From Squalus acanthias (lineage: Eukaryota): a DNA stretch of 64,000 nucleotides. Positions 23,770-35,887 of this stretch are shown piece after piece. A model generated the notes under the pieces. It saw nothing but the letters and a program-made list of their open reading frames with translations. It made no database searches and was not told where the DNA came from. Within the stretch, counting starts at the first letter, position 1. Each line of letters begins with the position of its first letter. The stretch spans positions 26,910,001 through 26,974,000 of the forward strand of contig CM059432.1 in NCBI GenBank assembly GCA_030390025.1. Reading direction: 5' to 3'. Made by a program: the position numbers and the translations under genes.

Positions 23770-24980
23770 ACTTGGTGTTAGCTGATATTGTTAATAGTTC
23801 TCTCTCCTCAGGTACTCTCCCTTAAATCTGCCATCATCACCTCTCTCCTCAAAAAACCAACCCTTGATCCCTCCGTCCTTGCAAACTACCGCCCCATCTC
23901 CAACCTCCGTTTCCTCTCAAGTCCTTGAATGTGTTGTCGTCTCCCAAATCCATGCCCATCTTTCCCGCAATTCCATGTTTGAATCCCTCCAATCAGGTTT
24001 CCGCCCCTGCCACAGTACCGAAATGGCTCTCATCAAAGTCACAAATGACATCCTTTGTGACTGTGACAAATGTAAACTATCCCTCCTCGTCCTTCTTGAC
24101 TTGTCTGCAGCCTTTGACACTGTCGACCCCTACATGGTGTCTAAATTGTCAGACTGCTTGTCCGACATACAGTTCTGAATGAGCAAAAATTTTCCCAAGC
24201 CACTGACTCTATCCCTCTCTCTTAACATCTGTCTGAGGCTGAACCACACTGTTCGCAACCTTGATGTCATATTTGACCCTGAAATGAGCTTCCGACCACA
24301 TCCGCAGCATAACAAAGACCGTCTACTTCCACCTCCGTAACATCGCCCGTCTCCGCCCTTGCCTCACCTCATCTGCTGCTGAAACCCTCATCCATGCCTT
24401 TGTTACCTCTAGACTTGACTATTCCAACGCACTCCTGTCTGGCCTCCCACATTCCACCCTACGTAAACTTGAGGTCATCCAAAACTCGGCTGCCCGTGTC
24501 CTAACTCGCACCAAGTCCCATTCGCCCATCTCCCCTGTGCTCGCTGACCTACATTGGCTCCCGGTTAAGCAGCGCCTCAATTTCAAAATTCTCATCCTTG
24601 TTTTCAAATCCCTCCATGGCCTTGCCCCCTTCCTATCTCTGTAATCTCCTTCAGCCCCACAACCCCCCCGAGATATCTGCGCTCCTCTAATTCTGCCCTC
24701 TTGAGCATCCCTGATTATAATCACTCAACCATTGGTGGCTGTGCCTTCTGTTGCCTCGTCCCTAAGCTCTGGAATTCCCTGCCTAAACCTGTCCGCCTCG
24801 CTACCTCTCTTTCCTCCTTTAAGACGGTCTTTAAAACTCTTTGACCAAGCTTGTGGTCACCTGCCCTAATTTATCCTTATGTGGCTCGGTGTCAAATTTT
24901 TTGTCTTAAAATACTCCTGTGCAGTGCCTTGGGACGTTTTACTACGTTAAAGGTGCTCTATAAATACAAGTTGTTGTTGT
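23770..24980 (+). mobile_element. L2 LINE with internal RT deletion
   Basis: QSGFRPCHSTEMAL and LLDLSAAFDTVD; 3' end TATAAATACAAGTTGTTGTTG. Confidence 0.9.
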
Positions 24981-25159
24981 TCCAACATTTTGGCAAGCTC
25001 GTGTTAAGGGTGAGGGATGTTGTTGTTGGGGAATGGCACAGTTTTTCTCATTTGATGCCAAATGTTACCAGGATGGACGTGGTGGAAACATCCCATTATT
25101 AAGAGACAGAAAATGCTGGCAATGCAAAGTAGATCAATTAATACCTAAAAGGGTACAGT

Positions 25160-25445
25160 TGTGCAGTGGTTGTGGTATTGGACCAGAGGTGTTAAAATTA
25201 AATACTACCATAGTAAGTTGTGAAATTGAATTCAATAAATCTGGTAATTTGTGGGCTGGCACTAGAAAGAGCTGGTGGATTGTTCTAAGAATCTAACAGG
25301 TTCACTTAAAGCAGCTGAGGGAAGGGAACCTGCCACTCCTACCTCTTGTCTCCAATTGCATGCTATGTGGTTGAGTCTCAATGCCTTCTGAAGTGACCTA
25401 ACTAGTCACTCAGTTGTAAAAGCAAATGTTAGAAGAAGGCCCACC
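25160..25445 (+). mobile_element. Degraded SINE family A
   Basis: GAATTCAATAAATCTGG..GAAGGGAACCTGCC..AGAAGGCCCACCA. Confidence 0.5.
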
Positions 25446-25776
25446 AGTATTTGTGTTTTTTTCCCAACTCTGGGTCATCACAGCCTGACCTTGTCCTTGC
25501 CTAACATTCACATGCATGCTTCCATGCCTATAACCTATGTCCCCTTATCCTGCTGTCATGGTTTAGCTTAAAGTAGTGCTATTTGACATTCCCCTGCACT
25601 GCCTCCAGTGCTTGGATGTTTCCCTTGTGCCTTAGTGACTAGAACTGAACACAATACTCGAAGTGCAGTCTCAGTTTCTGCATGAGGACCTCAGATTTGT
25701 GCTTTATGCTTTGACAATATAGCTGATCATGCTGTAAGCTTTATGGATTGCTGTTGCATAATGACCAGACATCCTG

Positions 25777-25903
25777 GGAGTGAAATTAGTTAAATCAGGC
25801 GACAACAACTTCCATGGAAAGAACATCAGGTGAGGTGTAAAATGGGCTGCTGATTTACTGTCACCCATTTTGCACTACCGCGCAAGGCCAATTTCACCAC
25901 CCC
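25777..25903. mobile_element. Small palindromic MITE-like element
   Basis: GTGAAATT / AATTTCAC near the ends; inner pair GTGTAAAATGGG / CCCATTTTGCAC. Confidence 0.5.
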
Positions 25904-26235
25904 TAACTGTTGAGTCAATTATCACTCCCAGACCTCTTTTGGCCTCTCCCTGGCTAGTTCACCACCATTCATTGAGTAAATGCTCCTCTCATTCTTTCTT
26001 CCAATACCTTGCTCATATCCATATTAAATTTCATCTGCTATGTTTCGTCATGGAAGCATTACCTTACGTTTATACCAAGAACACGAGCTGATGCAGTCGT
26101 ACTGTAGTATTCTGCATCAACTCAACATTTATACACTAAATACCATTGCCAAAGCTTCATTCAGTTCTTCTGCCTGTGTAATGCTCTGCTTGTCATTGTT
26201 ACCTGGAAAACCGTCTTTTGTATTCAAAAGATTAA

Positions 26236-27120
26236 GGGGTAAAAATTCAGTTGGTTGCGCCTCCCGTTAGCACCTTAAGAGGGCGCTAATGGGGCGCAAA
26301 GCCGCTAACGCCCGGGCGCAGCGATGTTTGCGCCGCTCGGGAACTTAACTAGAGATTGTGCGGCGGCGCTAAACTTTACCGCTGCGACCACCTGCGCGCG
26401 CAGATTGTGACGTCATTCCATGGTGCAACGCCCTTGTGGCGCCCCGGAGCAGAAATTGAGTGGCGCCCCCTGCCTTACCGCCTGGCGCATCCAACGACCA
26501 GAAGACTGGAACGCTATCAATCGTTGTGGGGCTGGGGGGGGCGCTATTTAAAGGGGGCCTCTTCCTGTCTTTTATTGTTGGTGGCATTTTTGAACTACGC
26601 ATTCTGAGAGAGAGAGGGAGAGACTTCTGGAGAGATTCAACGTTGTGTGAAGGAGTTTTGGGTACTGAGCAGCACTTTGCAGGTTCATTTTGATTTGCCA
26701 TTCCTTGTATCGATTTAGCAGAGACTGTGGGAGCTGCACTCTGAGCTCTTTGCCTGGTACTCTCCATTGTTCTTTCCAGCACATTTGATGTGCAAGTCTC
26801 TCCAGGCCGAGATTCAAGGCTGCAATGAACAGGATGTGGATGGAAAGCAAGATTAACCATCCCCTTTAAGAACTGGCCCGTGTGTGTGTTCCATTGCTGA
26901 CTGACATTACATGAGCTTCGCCAGCGCTCTGAGTTAGCGCCTCACTCCTTGGCCTTTGCGCCTTAAGACAGGTGTGCAGCGCCTGATTTAGCGCTCCACT
27001 CACCTCCCGGGGCGGTAAAAGTGAAGTTTCCAGTCAGTGCCGATAATTAGCGCCAGGCGCTAATATTTGCGTCCAGACGATATCTGCGCCCCAAATGGGG
27101 CGCGACCTAATTTTTCCCCC
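26236..27120. mobile_element. PIF/Harbinger-type non-autonomous element
   Basis: TIRs GGGGTAAAAATT / AATTTTTCCCCC; TAA at 26233-26235 and 27121-27123; CpG-rich subterminal GCGC motifs. Confidence 0.8.
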
Positions 27121-27134
27121 TAAATGTAGAATCA

Positions 27135-27270
27135 GAAAGAAAAGAAAGAGCTTGAATATCTATAGTACCTTATAATACCTCTCGGCATGCCCCAAAGCTC
27201 TTCACATACAATGGATTACTTTGAAATACTGTTGCTATGTAGTTAGCAGTTTTACCAGAATTGCTGCTTT
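27135..27270 (-). mobile_element. Deu-domain SINE 3' tail fragment
   Basis: Similar to 10352-10470. Confidence 0.5.
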
Positions 27271-28377
27271 CAATTGCAATAGTCTATGTGAAATCTGTGA
27301 CTTCCCTTTGGTGCCCAGCACAATTTCTTCTAATCTTTTATGTGCCACTAGAGGCAGATTTGTAAGATGCCTGACGTTGTTACATTTGAGCTGGTAATAC
27401 ACAGACAAAAAAAAACTAAGGACCTTAGTACTGTGCCTTAATTCCAATCTTACACTGCTTAAACTGGGAAGTGATCATGTATCAGATGTCACTGTGGCCT
27501 CTAAATTGATACTAATTTATGAACAATTTTGTGCTCTGAACTAGGTTGAGGTCAGCCCGAACACATTTTGTTTAGGACCCTCACATCCAGGTCTTATAAG
27601 TGAAAGGGTAAACTCTAATCTGCTGTGCACCACCCTGCCCACTATGATATCTGTCCAAACTCATTTCACGTCGGGCTCTTTCAAGGTACAGACAGAGAAG
27701 ACTCTTTGTGTTGGATATGAACTCATTAAGAGACATTTGTGGCCATCAGCGCCTTTTACAAGCCTCAAATAGAGGCAAAATATGAATAATACCTTTTTTG
27801 TTTTGAATTAAAATATTTGATGAGAATTGATAAGTGTTGGCTTGAGGTGATTGCTACACAATCATTAATCCAGGGTGCATTGGCAAGTGTACCATGGCAG
27901 TTACATGCCAGTTCAGCTCCCCCGTGCTGCCATGTTCATCCATTTCCCTGATGATCTCACAAGCTTGCAGTTTAAAAATATTTCTATTGATATGAAAAAA
28001 TGTCAGCATTAACAATGCTACTAATTTTGATATTTTTTAAAAGGAGTTTAACTGTTAGTTGTGTTCATCCTTTTAGAAAAAACACTTTTATAAATCTCTT
28101 TGTGTTTCAAATAATAAAATCAATGCTATGTTTTAATCTAACAGCCTTCTTGATTTCTTTGCCAGATAGATGTGTGTAGCCCCCTCAGGGAAGTCAGCCA
28201 GGAATTCTCGCTCCTGACAACATGTGTGGACATTCTCCCAACCCCTCTCCTGTCCCCCCACAGGTTGAAGAGCCTGCCCACACTCACTGTCTAGGCCCAC
28301 ACACATACATGAAAAAAGGACCACTTTGGTGAGGAAATAGAGGGAGCCGCCAGTTCCCGTGGCAACCCGCCCAGCAG

Positions 28378-28775
28378 GAAATACTGGAAACACACAGCGG
28401 ATCCATTCAGCGTCTGAAAAGCAAAAAGACGGGTTAATATTTCGAGTGTAAATCCTTCATCAGAACTCATCCGAGACATTGACAGAATCTGAGACAGTAA
28501 TTTGTTACAATCTGGAATGCACTGCCTGAAAGGGTGGTGGAAGCAGATTAAATAATAACTTCCAAAAGGGAACTGAATATATACTTGAAAAGGAAGCATT
28601 TGCAGAGCTATGGGGAAAAAGCAGGAGAGTGGGACTAATTGGATAGCTCTTTCAAAGAGCCGGCACAGGCACGATGGGCCGAATGGCCTCCAGTGCTGTT
28701 TGATTCTATAATTAACCTGTCTTTTCTCTTTTCAGGTGTAGATTGACCTGCTAAATATTTCTCATGGGTTCTGAC
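28378..28775. mobile_element. Degraded inverted-repeat element containing a CR1 3' end (~28500-28710, +)
   Basis: Arms AAAAGCAAAAAGACGGGTTAAT / ATTAACCTGTCTTTTCTCTTTT resemble 43580-43643 and 58634-58697; CR1 tail GATTCTAT at ~28702-28709. Confidence 0.6.
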
Positions 28776-29124
28776 CTACAGGATAAGAGAAAGTTACAGT
28801 GGAAAAAAATCCTGTGTTTTATTTTAAAAGAGTCTTTATGGGTTATTATTTATATACTGCAGATAAGTGACGGATTGAATTGCAAAAACGTTTACTAATC
28901 ACACTATGGAGAAACAAAATGAAAAGCACCGTGTACATTCTGATTTTAAACAGTTTGGTGGAAGAAATTAACCCAGGTACATACATCAGTTACAGATCCA
29001 TGCGCAAAAGATCCTAAAAGAACCAAATGGTTACTTATTAATGCATTCAGATTGGTTGAGTGATTGATGTGCCCAGTTACTTGCAGGTTAAGGTAAATAT
29101 TTGGGCCTTCCATGTTTCAGACTG

Positions 29125-29423
29125 CGAGAGTGCTACACTACGCTTTTGGATATGACGTTTAACCCATCTGGACTCTCAGGTAGACATGAAAAAAATCCTA
29201 TGGCACTATTTGAAGTAGAGCAAGGGAGTTTTCCTGGTGTCCCTGGCCAATATTTATCCCTCAACCAACGTCACTAAAAAAGAAATTGGATCATTTATCT
29301 CATTGCTGCTGTGCAAAAAATAGGGGCCGCATTAGGTGGCTACACTTCAAAAATACTGGCCGTGAAGTGCGTTGTGATGTTCTAAGGGATGAAAGCCCAT
29401 ATACAAAAGCAAATTATTTCTTT
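29125..29423 (+). mobile_element. Deu-domain SINE (SacSINE1/AmnSINE1-like)
   Basis: CTCTCAGGTAGACATGAAAAAAATCCTATGGCACTATTTGAAG..CCTGGTGTCCCTGGCCAA resembles the Deu domain as recalled. Confidence 0.7.
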
Positions 29424-30239
29424 CCCCCTTTCACCATTTTTCCATTAAAAGGCTGGAAAAGAGTTGGTTTTTTTTTTAAAGCAAAATGTATTCTCACCAG
29501 TTTAAAAAAAAATGAAAGATGATTAAAATGATAAGCTAAGCATTCAAGTGGGTTCCTCAAAGAGCAAACACAATCAGCAATTTGTTAGCATGTTTTGGTA
29601 TTTGATAAACATCTTACATCCACTGTGTTGGGAAGTCCCTGGTCCCAGGCATTCAGCAAGGCATTCCCTGGCATAGGCCTTCCACTCTGACTTTCAACAC
29701 AAGGACATGAAATAGGGACAGAACCACAAACTGACAGGTTTGAAACAGAAAACTGCTAGGGCAGGTTTTGACCCAGACTCGGCAGGTAGGATGTAGGAGG
29801 ATAGTTAAGTTATTTTAAGTGAAGCAAGATTTTTTATGTGTTATTACGCATAGATAAGTTGTACTGTTTGAATTAATGCCAGTTTCTAACTTCTAAGCTG
29901 ACAACAGAAACCTTGTTTTCCTCAGTGCTGGCATTGATTTTTTTTAAATCTAATATTTGAGTCCATAATCCAGGCTGACACCACAGAGCAATAGTGAGGC
30001 AGTGTTGCATTGTCGGGTGCAATCCTTTGGGTGAAATGTTAAATTGACGGCCCAGCTGTGTGTTCAGTTGAGGGTTAAATGGGATGATGGTAGGCTTAGA
30101 TGGGATCAAATGCGTTTGAAAGACTTCCTTCATCCAATCTATCTAAAATGTCATGGTTTAATTGTAGCAAGTTATTACCATTATTTTCTTTCTCAGTTAT
30201 AGGGAATGATGATAATATCTCATTCCATTTAATGAGATT

Positions 30240-30975
30240 CCCCAGTGGGTCAGTGGCTAAATGCTTTGCCTTGCATGGTGCTGAGTCATAAGGACCCAGC
30301 TTCGATCTCTGTAATCTCCTTCAGCCCCACAACCCCCTGAGATATCTGCGCTCCTCTAATTCTGCCCTCTTGAGCATCCCTGATTATAATCTCTCAACCA
30401 TTGGTGGCCGTGCCTTCTGTTGCCTCGGCCCTAAGTTCTGGAATTCCCTGCCTAAACCTGTCCGCCTCGCTACCTCTCTTTCCTCCTTTAAGACGCTTCT
30501 TAAAACCTACCTCTTTGACCAAGCTTTTGGTCACCTGCCCTAATTTATCCTTATGAGGCTTGGTGTCAAATTTTTTGTCTTAAAATACTCCTCTGCAGCG
30601 CCTTGGGACGTTTTACTACGTTAAAGGCGCTATATAAATACAAGCTGTTGTTCATCTTGAGCCTGTCCTGAATTCATTGATCTTAGCTGGGCGGCAGTGG
30701 GTGTGCTACATTTGGCCTCAGCAGCCTGTTGTTGATCCAATGATTTGGGTGAGGATAGGATTGAATTAAAGGGATTAATGCCTCCATTAAAACCGCAGAG
30801 GGAAGAATATGATACGGGCTTTGCACGGTAACATCGGCAACTGTCATTTCTATCCCATTAGTATTTGGACGGACACATGAAGAATGATCACTTTGGTGAA
30901 GTACCAGAGGGTTGCTGGAACCAATGGACTTGTACCTTAAGCTGGGAGATGGAGAAAACTGGGGGAAGAGGGAAA
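30240..30975 (+). mobile_element. SINE-like family B copy split by an L2 3' end
   Basis: Head to GGACCCAGCTTCGATC at ~30307; body resumes at ~30652 with ATTTGGCCTCAG..CACATGAAGAATG..AAGTACCAGAGGG. Confidence 0.6.
30308..30652 (+). mobile_element. L2 3' fragment
   Basis: Near-identical to ~24638-24978. Confidence 0.9.
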
Positions 30976-31365
30976 GAAGTGATCGCAATATTACGATTTA
31001 TTGTTAAATATTAATAACCGCAAAATTACCCATTGCTGAAAAAAGTTTAAAGAAAGTTAGAAGCTTCGTAACCTCCACAAGGTCATTCTTACTGCTTTCA
31101 AAATACTAACAAAATGTCATGGGATTTTCCATGTTTGAAATCAGTCCCGACCTTTTTTTATGAGCCTTATAAAATGCTTCATAAGGTACAGTTTATGTAC
31201 ATGGATACATTGTAAATCAAGGCATAGATACATTTAGTGGTAACTTAGTCATATAACTGTCACACAGGAACAGAAGGTGCCTTGTGCACTGCTAACAGCA
31301 ATAAAGGTGTTGGACCACATTCCCAGCTTGTCTGAGCATTGAGAGTTTTTTCTCTCCGACACTAT

Positions 31366-31528
31366 GGAGGTGAAATTTAACTCGGGCGGGGATGCAAATT
31401 GGTTGATATTGCAACTGCCGCCCGTTATACGTCCTGCCCGATATTCAGTTCCCGATTTCAATGCTACTGAATATCGGGCGGAGCAATGTCGCCCGTTTTG
31501 AGTCATCGACCAAGTTAATGGATATCCC
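31366..31528. mobile_element. Palindromic MITE-like element
   Basis: Perfect 14-bp inverted repeat GCCCGATATTCAGT (31436-31449) / ACTGAATATCGGGC (31466-31479). Confidence 0.6.
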
Positions 31529-32703
31529 TTAAATGAAGAAACTAAAAGAGTTGGAATGGGCTTGAGGGTCCTGAATTTTTCTTTCGGTTCCTGAGTTTTA
31601 TTTCCTTTTATGAATTGTTAATGCTCATAAAGGTGAGGTAGAATCATAATGCCCTGTTTTAACCCAGCCCACCCAGGGCGGGGGGCTAGTTTAAATGGTG
31701 CGGTCGTGGGGGTTTGCGGCGTGCTCCCGAATGATTCCCGCCCAATGCCCTTTTAGCTCGGTAAAAATATTGTTCAGGAGGGCAGCCCATCCCAGGAAAG
31801 TGGAGGGTCTACCTAACATTCAAAAGTCGCGGCCTGTTGATGTCATTAGCAGCGCAATGTGAATTTAACTAGAAAAATCGGGAGGCTCGCAAGGCGTCAA
31901 AGCCAGGAGGCAGCGGAGTGACCAGAAGAGGCCACGGTAAGCTTTTATTATTTCTATGAAGCTTTCTTGTGGGACATGAGGAAGAGTAGCGCTACTCCGG
32001 GCCCTACAAGGAATCCTTGAGCCTCCCTAGCTCCAGCCTTCTCTGTCCCTCCCGGCAACTATATCTGTCTGGAAACCCCCTTCCCCAGCACTAACTTTTT
32101 GCCGGGGACCCTTCCCTTGGGTGCCTAGCTCCCATGCAAGTTTATGCTTCCACTCGCCGGCCCTGACGTCATTCCTGCTGACTTTGGGCGGAAGACAGTT
32201 TAGAACAATTCAAATGGTCCAGGCCTCACGCTCAACTCAGGAGTGTTTCCTGCCCGTCCCGTGTTAGAATTTTACAACACAGATAAGGCCTTCGTGTGGT
32301 CTCACTGAAAGCTAACAACTTAGTCCCATTTCCCTGCAGGGGTAGGTTTTTAACTTGCCGCCTGGTGTTGTGGATTGGTCACTCGTTAGGGAAACTGCCC
32401 GCTTTTCATTTCCATGGAAGTCGGCCCCCATACCCTTTACAATGTTTCTTTTTCAAATATTTATCCTCTTCTCTTTTTGAAGCGATTATGGATTCTGCTT
32501 CTGCCACTGATTCTGTTAGGACATTCCATGTTCCATGTCTGCCTGACAAAAATTCTTCTAAGCTCTCCCTTTGTTTTTTTCTCTCTTCCTCTACTCTTTT
32601 TAAGCTTTTCCATTAATGTATATGCCTTCTCGTTCTCCTCCTAAAATGCATCGCCTCACATTTCTCCACATTAAATTTCATTTGACATATATCTGTCCAT
32701 TCT

Positions 32704-34822
32704 ACAACAACAACAACTTGCATTTATATAGCGCCTTTAACGAAGTAAAACGTTCCAAGGTGCTTATCAAATGAAATTTGCCACATGAGATATTAGGAAA
32801 GATGACCAAATGCTTGGTCAAAGAGTTGGGAAGAAACTGGAAATGTTTAGGAGTCAAAAAAGAGACAAAGCGGGGCCATTCTCAGGAGGAATTGAACTGA
32901 GACCTTGTGCCTTAAACAGTCCGATTCGGATACTAATCATTTTAGTAAAAAAAAATTATTTAAAGTATCTTAATGTGGGGTTATATTTTTAAGGAACGTC
33001 TTAAAGGAGCAGAGAAAGACGGAGAGGTTTAGGGAGGGAATTCCAGAGTTTAGGGCGTAGGCAGCTGAAAGCACGGCCACCAATGGTGGAGTGATTAAAC
33101 TAGGAGATGTGCAGCAATCTCGGAGGGTTGTACAGCTGGAGGAGGTTACAGAGATAGGGAGGGGCAAGGACATGGAGGGATTTGAAAACAAGGATGAGAA
33201 TTTTAAAATCGAGGCATTGCCGGACTGGAAGCCAATGTAGGTCAGTGAGCACTTGGGTGAATCATAGAATGGTTACAGCACGGAAGGAGGCCATTCGGCC
33301 CGTCGAGCCCGTGCCAACTCTCAGCTAGTCCCACTCCCCTGCCCTATCCCCGTAGCTCTGCAAATTGTTTTCCTTCAGATACTTATCCAACTCCCTTTTG
33401 AAAGATAAGATTGAGTCTGCCTCCACCACCCTTTCAAGCAGTGCATTCCAGAACTGCATAAAAAAAGTTTTTTCTTACGTCGCCTTTGGTTCTTTTGCCA
33501 ATCACCTTAAATCTGTGTCCTCTGGTTCTCGACCCTTCTGCCAATGGGAACAGTTTCTCTCTATCTACTCTGTCCAGACCCCTCATGATTTTGAGCACCT
33601 CTATCAAATCTCCTCTCGATCTTCTCTGCTCCAAGGGGAACAACCCCAGCTTCTCCAGTCTATCAAAGTAACTGAAGTCCCTCATTCCTGGAATCAGTCT
33701 TGTAAATCTTTTCTGCACCTTCTCTAAGGCCTTCACATCCTTCCTAAAGTGTGATGCCCAGAATTTAACACAGTACTCCAGTTGGGGCCGAACCAGTGTT
33801 TTATACAGGTTCATCATAATTTCCACACTTTTGTGCTCTATACCTCTATTTATGAAGCCCAGGATCCTGTAAGCCTTTTTAACTGCTTTCTCAACCTGCC
33901 CTGCCACCTTCAACGATTTGTGCACACATACCCCTAGGTCTCTCTGTTTGTGATCCCCCTTTAAGATTGTACCATTTAGTTTATATGTCCTCTCCTCATT
34001 CTTTCTACCAAAATGTATCACTTCGCACTTTTCTTCATTGAATTTCATCTGCCACATGTCCGCCCATTTCACCAGCCTGTCTGTCTTTCTGAAGTCTATC
34101 ACTCTCCTCCTCACTGTTTAATATACTTCCAAGTTTTGTGTCATCTGCAAATTTTGAAATTGTGCCCACATCCAAGTCATTAATATATATCAAGAAAAGC
34201 AGTGGTCCTAAAACCAACCCCTGGGGAACACCACATATACCTTCCTCCAGTCTGGAAAAACAACCGTTCACCATTGCTCTCTGTTTCCTGTCACTTAGTC
34301 AATTTCGTATCTATGCTGCCACTGTCCCTTTTATTCCATGGGCTTCAACTTTGCTGGCAAGCCTATTATGTGGCACTTTGTCGAACACCTTTTGGAAATC
34401 CATGTACACTACGTCAACCGCATTACCCTCATCAACCCTCTCTGTTACCTCATCAAAAAACTCGATCAAGTTGGTTAAACACGATTTGCCTTTAACAAAT
34501 CCGTGCTGGCTTTCCTTAATTAATCCACACCTATCCAAGTGACTGTTAATTTTGTTCCTGATTACTGTTTCTAAAAGCTTCCCCACTACTGAGGTTAAAC
34601 TGACTGGCCTGTAGTTGCTGGGTTTATCTTTACACCCTTTTCTGAACAAGTTTATCTTCACACCCTTTTTTGAACAGGGTGATTGGTGAACAGGACTTGG
34701 TGCGAGTTAGGATACAGACAGCAGAGTTTAAGTTTATGGAGGGTGGAAGATGGGAGGCCTGCCAGGAGAGCGTTGGAATAGTCAAGTCTAGAGGTAACAA
34801 AGGTTTCAGCTGAGGCAGGGGC
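32704..34822 (-). mobile_element. L2 3' region split by a CR1
   Basis: ACAACAACAACAACTTGCATTTATATAGCG end; L2 stops at 33260 and resumes at ~34677. Confidence 0.8.
33261..34676 (-). mobile_element. CR1 LINE, 5'-truncated
   Basis: [23 protein letters not shown] and FADDTK; GGGTGA at both junctions. Confidence 0.92.
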
Positions 34823-35887
34823 AAACTAGGTAGCTATAGACCAGTCAGTGTAACATCAGTAGTGGGTAAGCTTCCAGCGGTCATAATACAGGATAAAATT
34901 ACTATTCATCCAGAAATGCCTTGGCTAATTAAGGACAATTAGCATAGATTTGAAAAAAAGTTAAGTAGTATTTGATAAATTTAATAGAATTCTCAATGTT
35001 ATGTGATGGTAAAGGATATGCAGTGGATTTTCATTGATAAGGCATTTATTGCCCATCCCTACTTGCCCTTGAGATGGTGGTGGTGAGTCTTCTTGAACTG
35101 CTGCAGTCTGTGTGGTGAAAGTGCTCCCACAATGCTGTTTGGTAGTGAGTTCCAGGATTTTAAACCAGTGACAATGACTAACACACTCTTCTGTGAAAAC
35201 TGAGGCAAAATATTCGTGTATTATCTCTGCCATTCCTTCATTCTCCATAAGGCTCTATCCATTCATTAATGATTCTTTTATCTTTTATTTGTTTAGAAAT
35301 TCCTTCACACCGTTCGATTTTCTTCTGTGTTATTAGCCTTCATTTTAAGTCTCATTATAATGTGAATTTCTCTACTCAGCCAAATAGCTCCAGCTTTTTC
35401 TGCATTGCCTGTAATTCTTCTGGGAATATGTCCTGTTTGAATGTTTCCCATTGTTTGTCATTGTCTTATCTGATCAGTTCTCTCTGCAATTTATCTGGGC
35501 TAGTTCCGTTTTTTTTATCTTGTTAAATTTTGGGCTTTTTTCCACTCGAGTACCTTTCTCTTTAACTGTTCTCTCTCTTTTCACTTTTTATCTAAAGTGT
35601 TATAAGCGCTGCTTCCTAGATGTTTTCAAACCTTTATGCTACCTACTTGCCCCACTTCATTACCTGGAAATATATCCAACATTTAACCCTTTCTTGTTGG
35701 ACTAAAAACATACTAATGTAGAAATTAGTCCTTGTCTTCTTTATGAGCTGCAGGTGCTAATTAACTTGACCTGCTTTTCTACAAAGATTTAAATTTGTTT
35801 GACTTAGTCTCACTTTCAAGGACACTTCTCATTCCTTTTTATACCCCTCAACACTAGCTAGCTGTCTTTTCCATTACTGTACCAACA

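Noticed and set aside
26356..26860. Overlapping 77-163 aa ORFs as a gene or transposase
   Set aside because: They lie inside a GC-rich non-autonomous element and show no DDE or other recognisable motif
31650..32270. GC-rich segment as a promoter CpG island or a relative of the satellite-hosting MITE
   Set aside because: Probably a MITE, but I could not define TIRs or a TSD, and the similarity to 58500-58592 is too weak to assert
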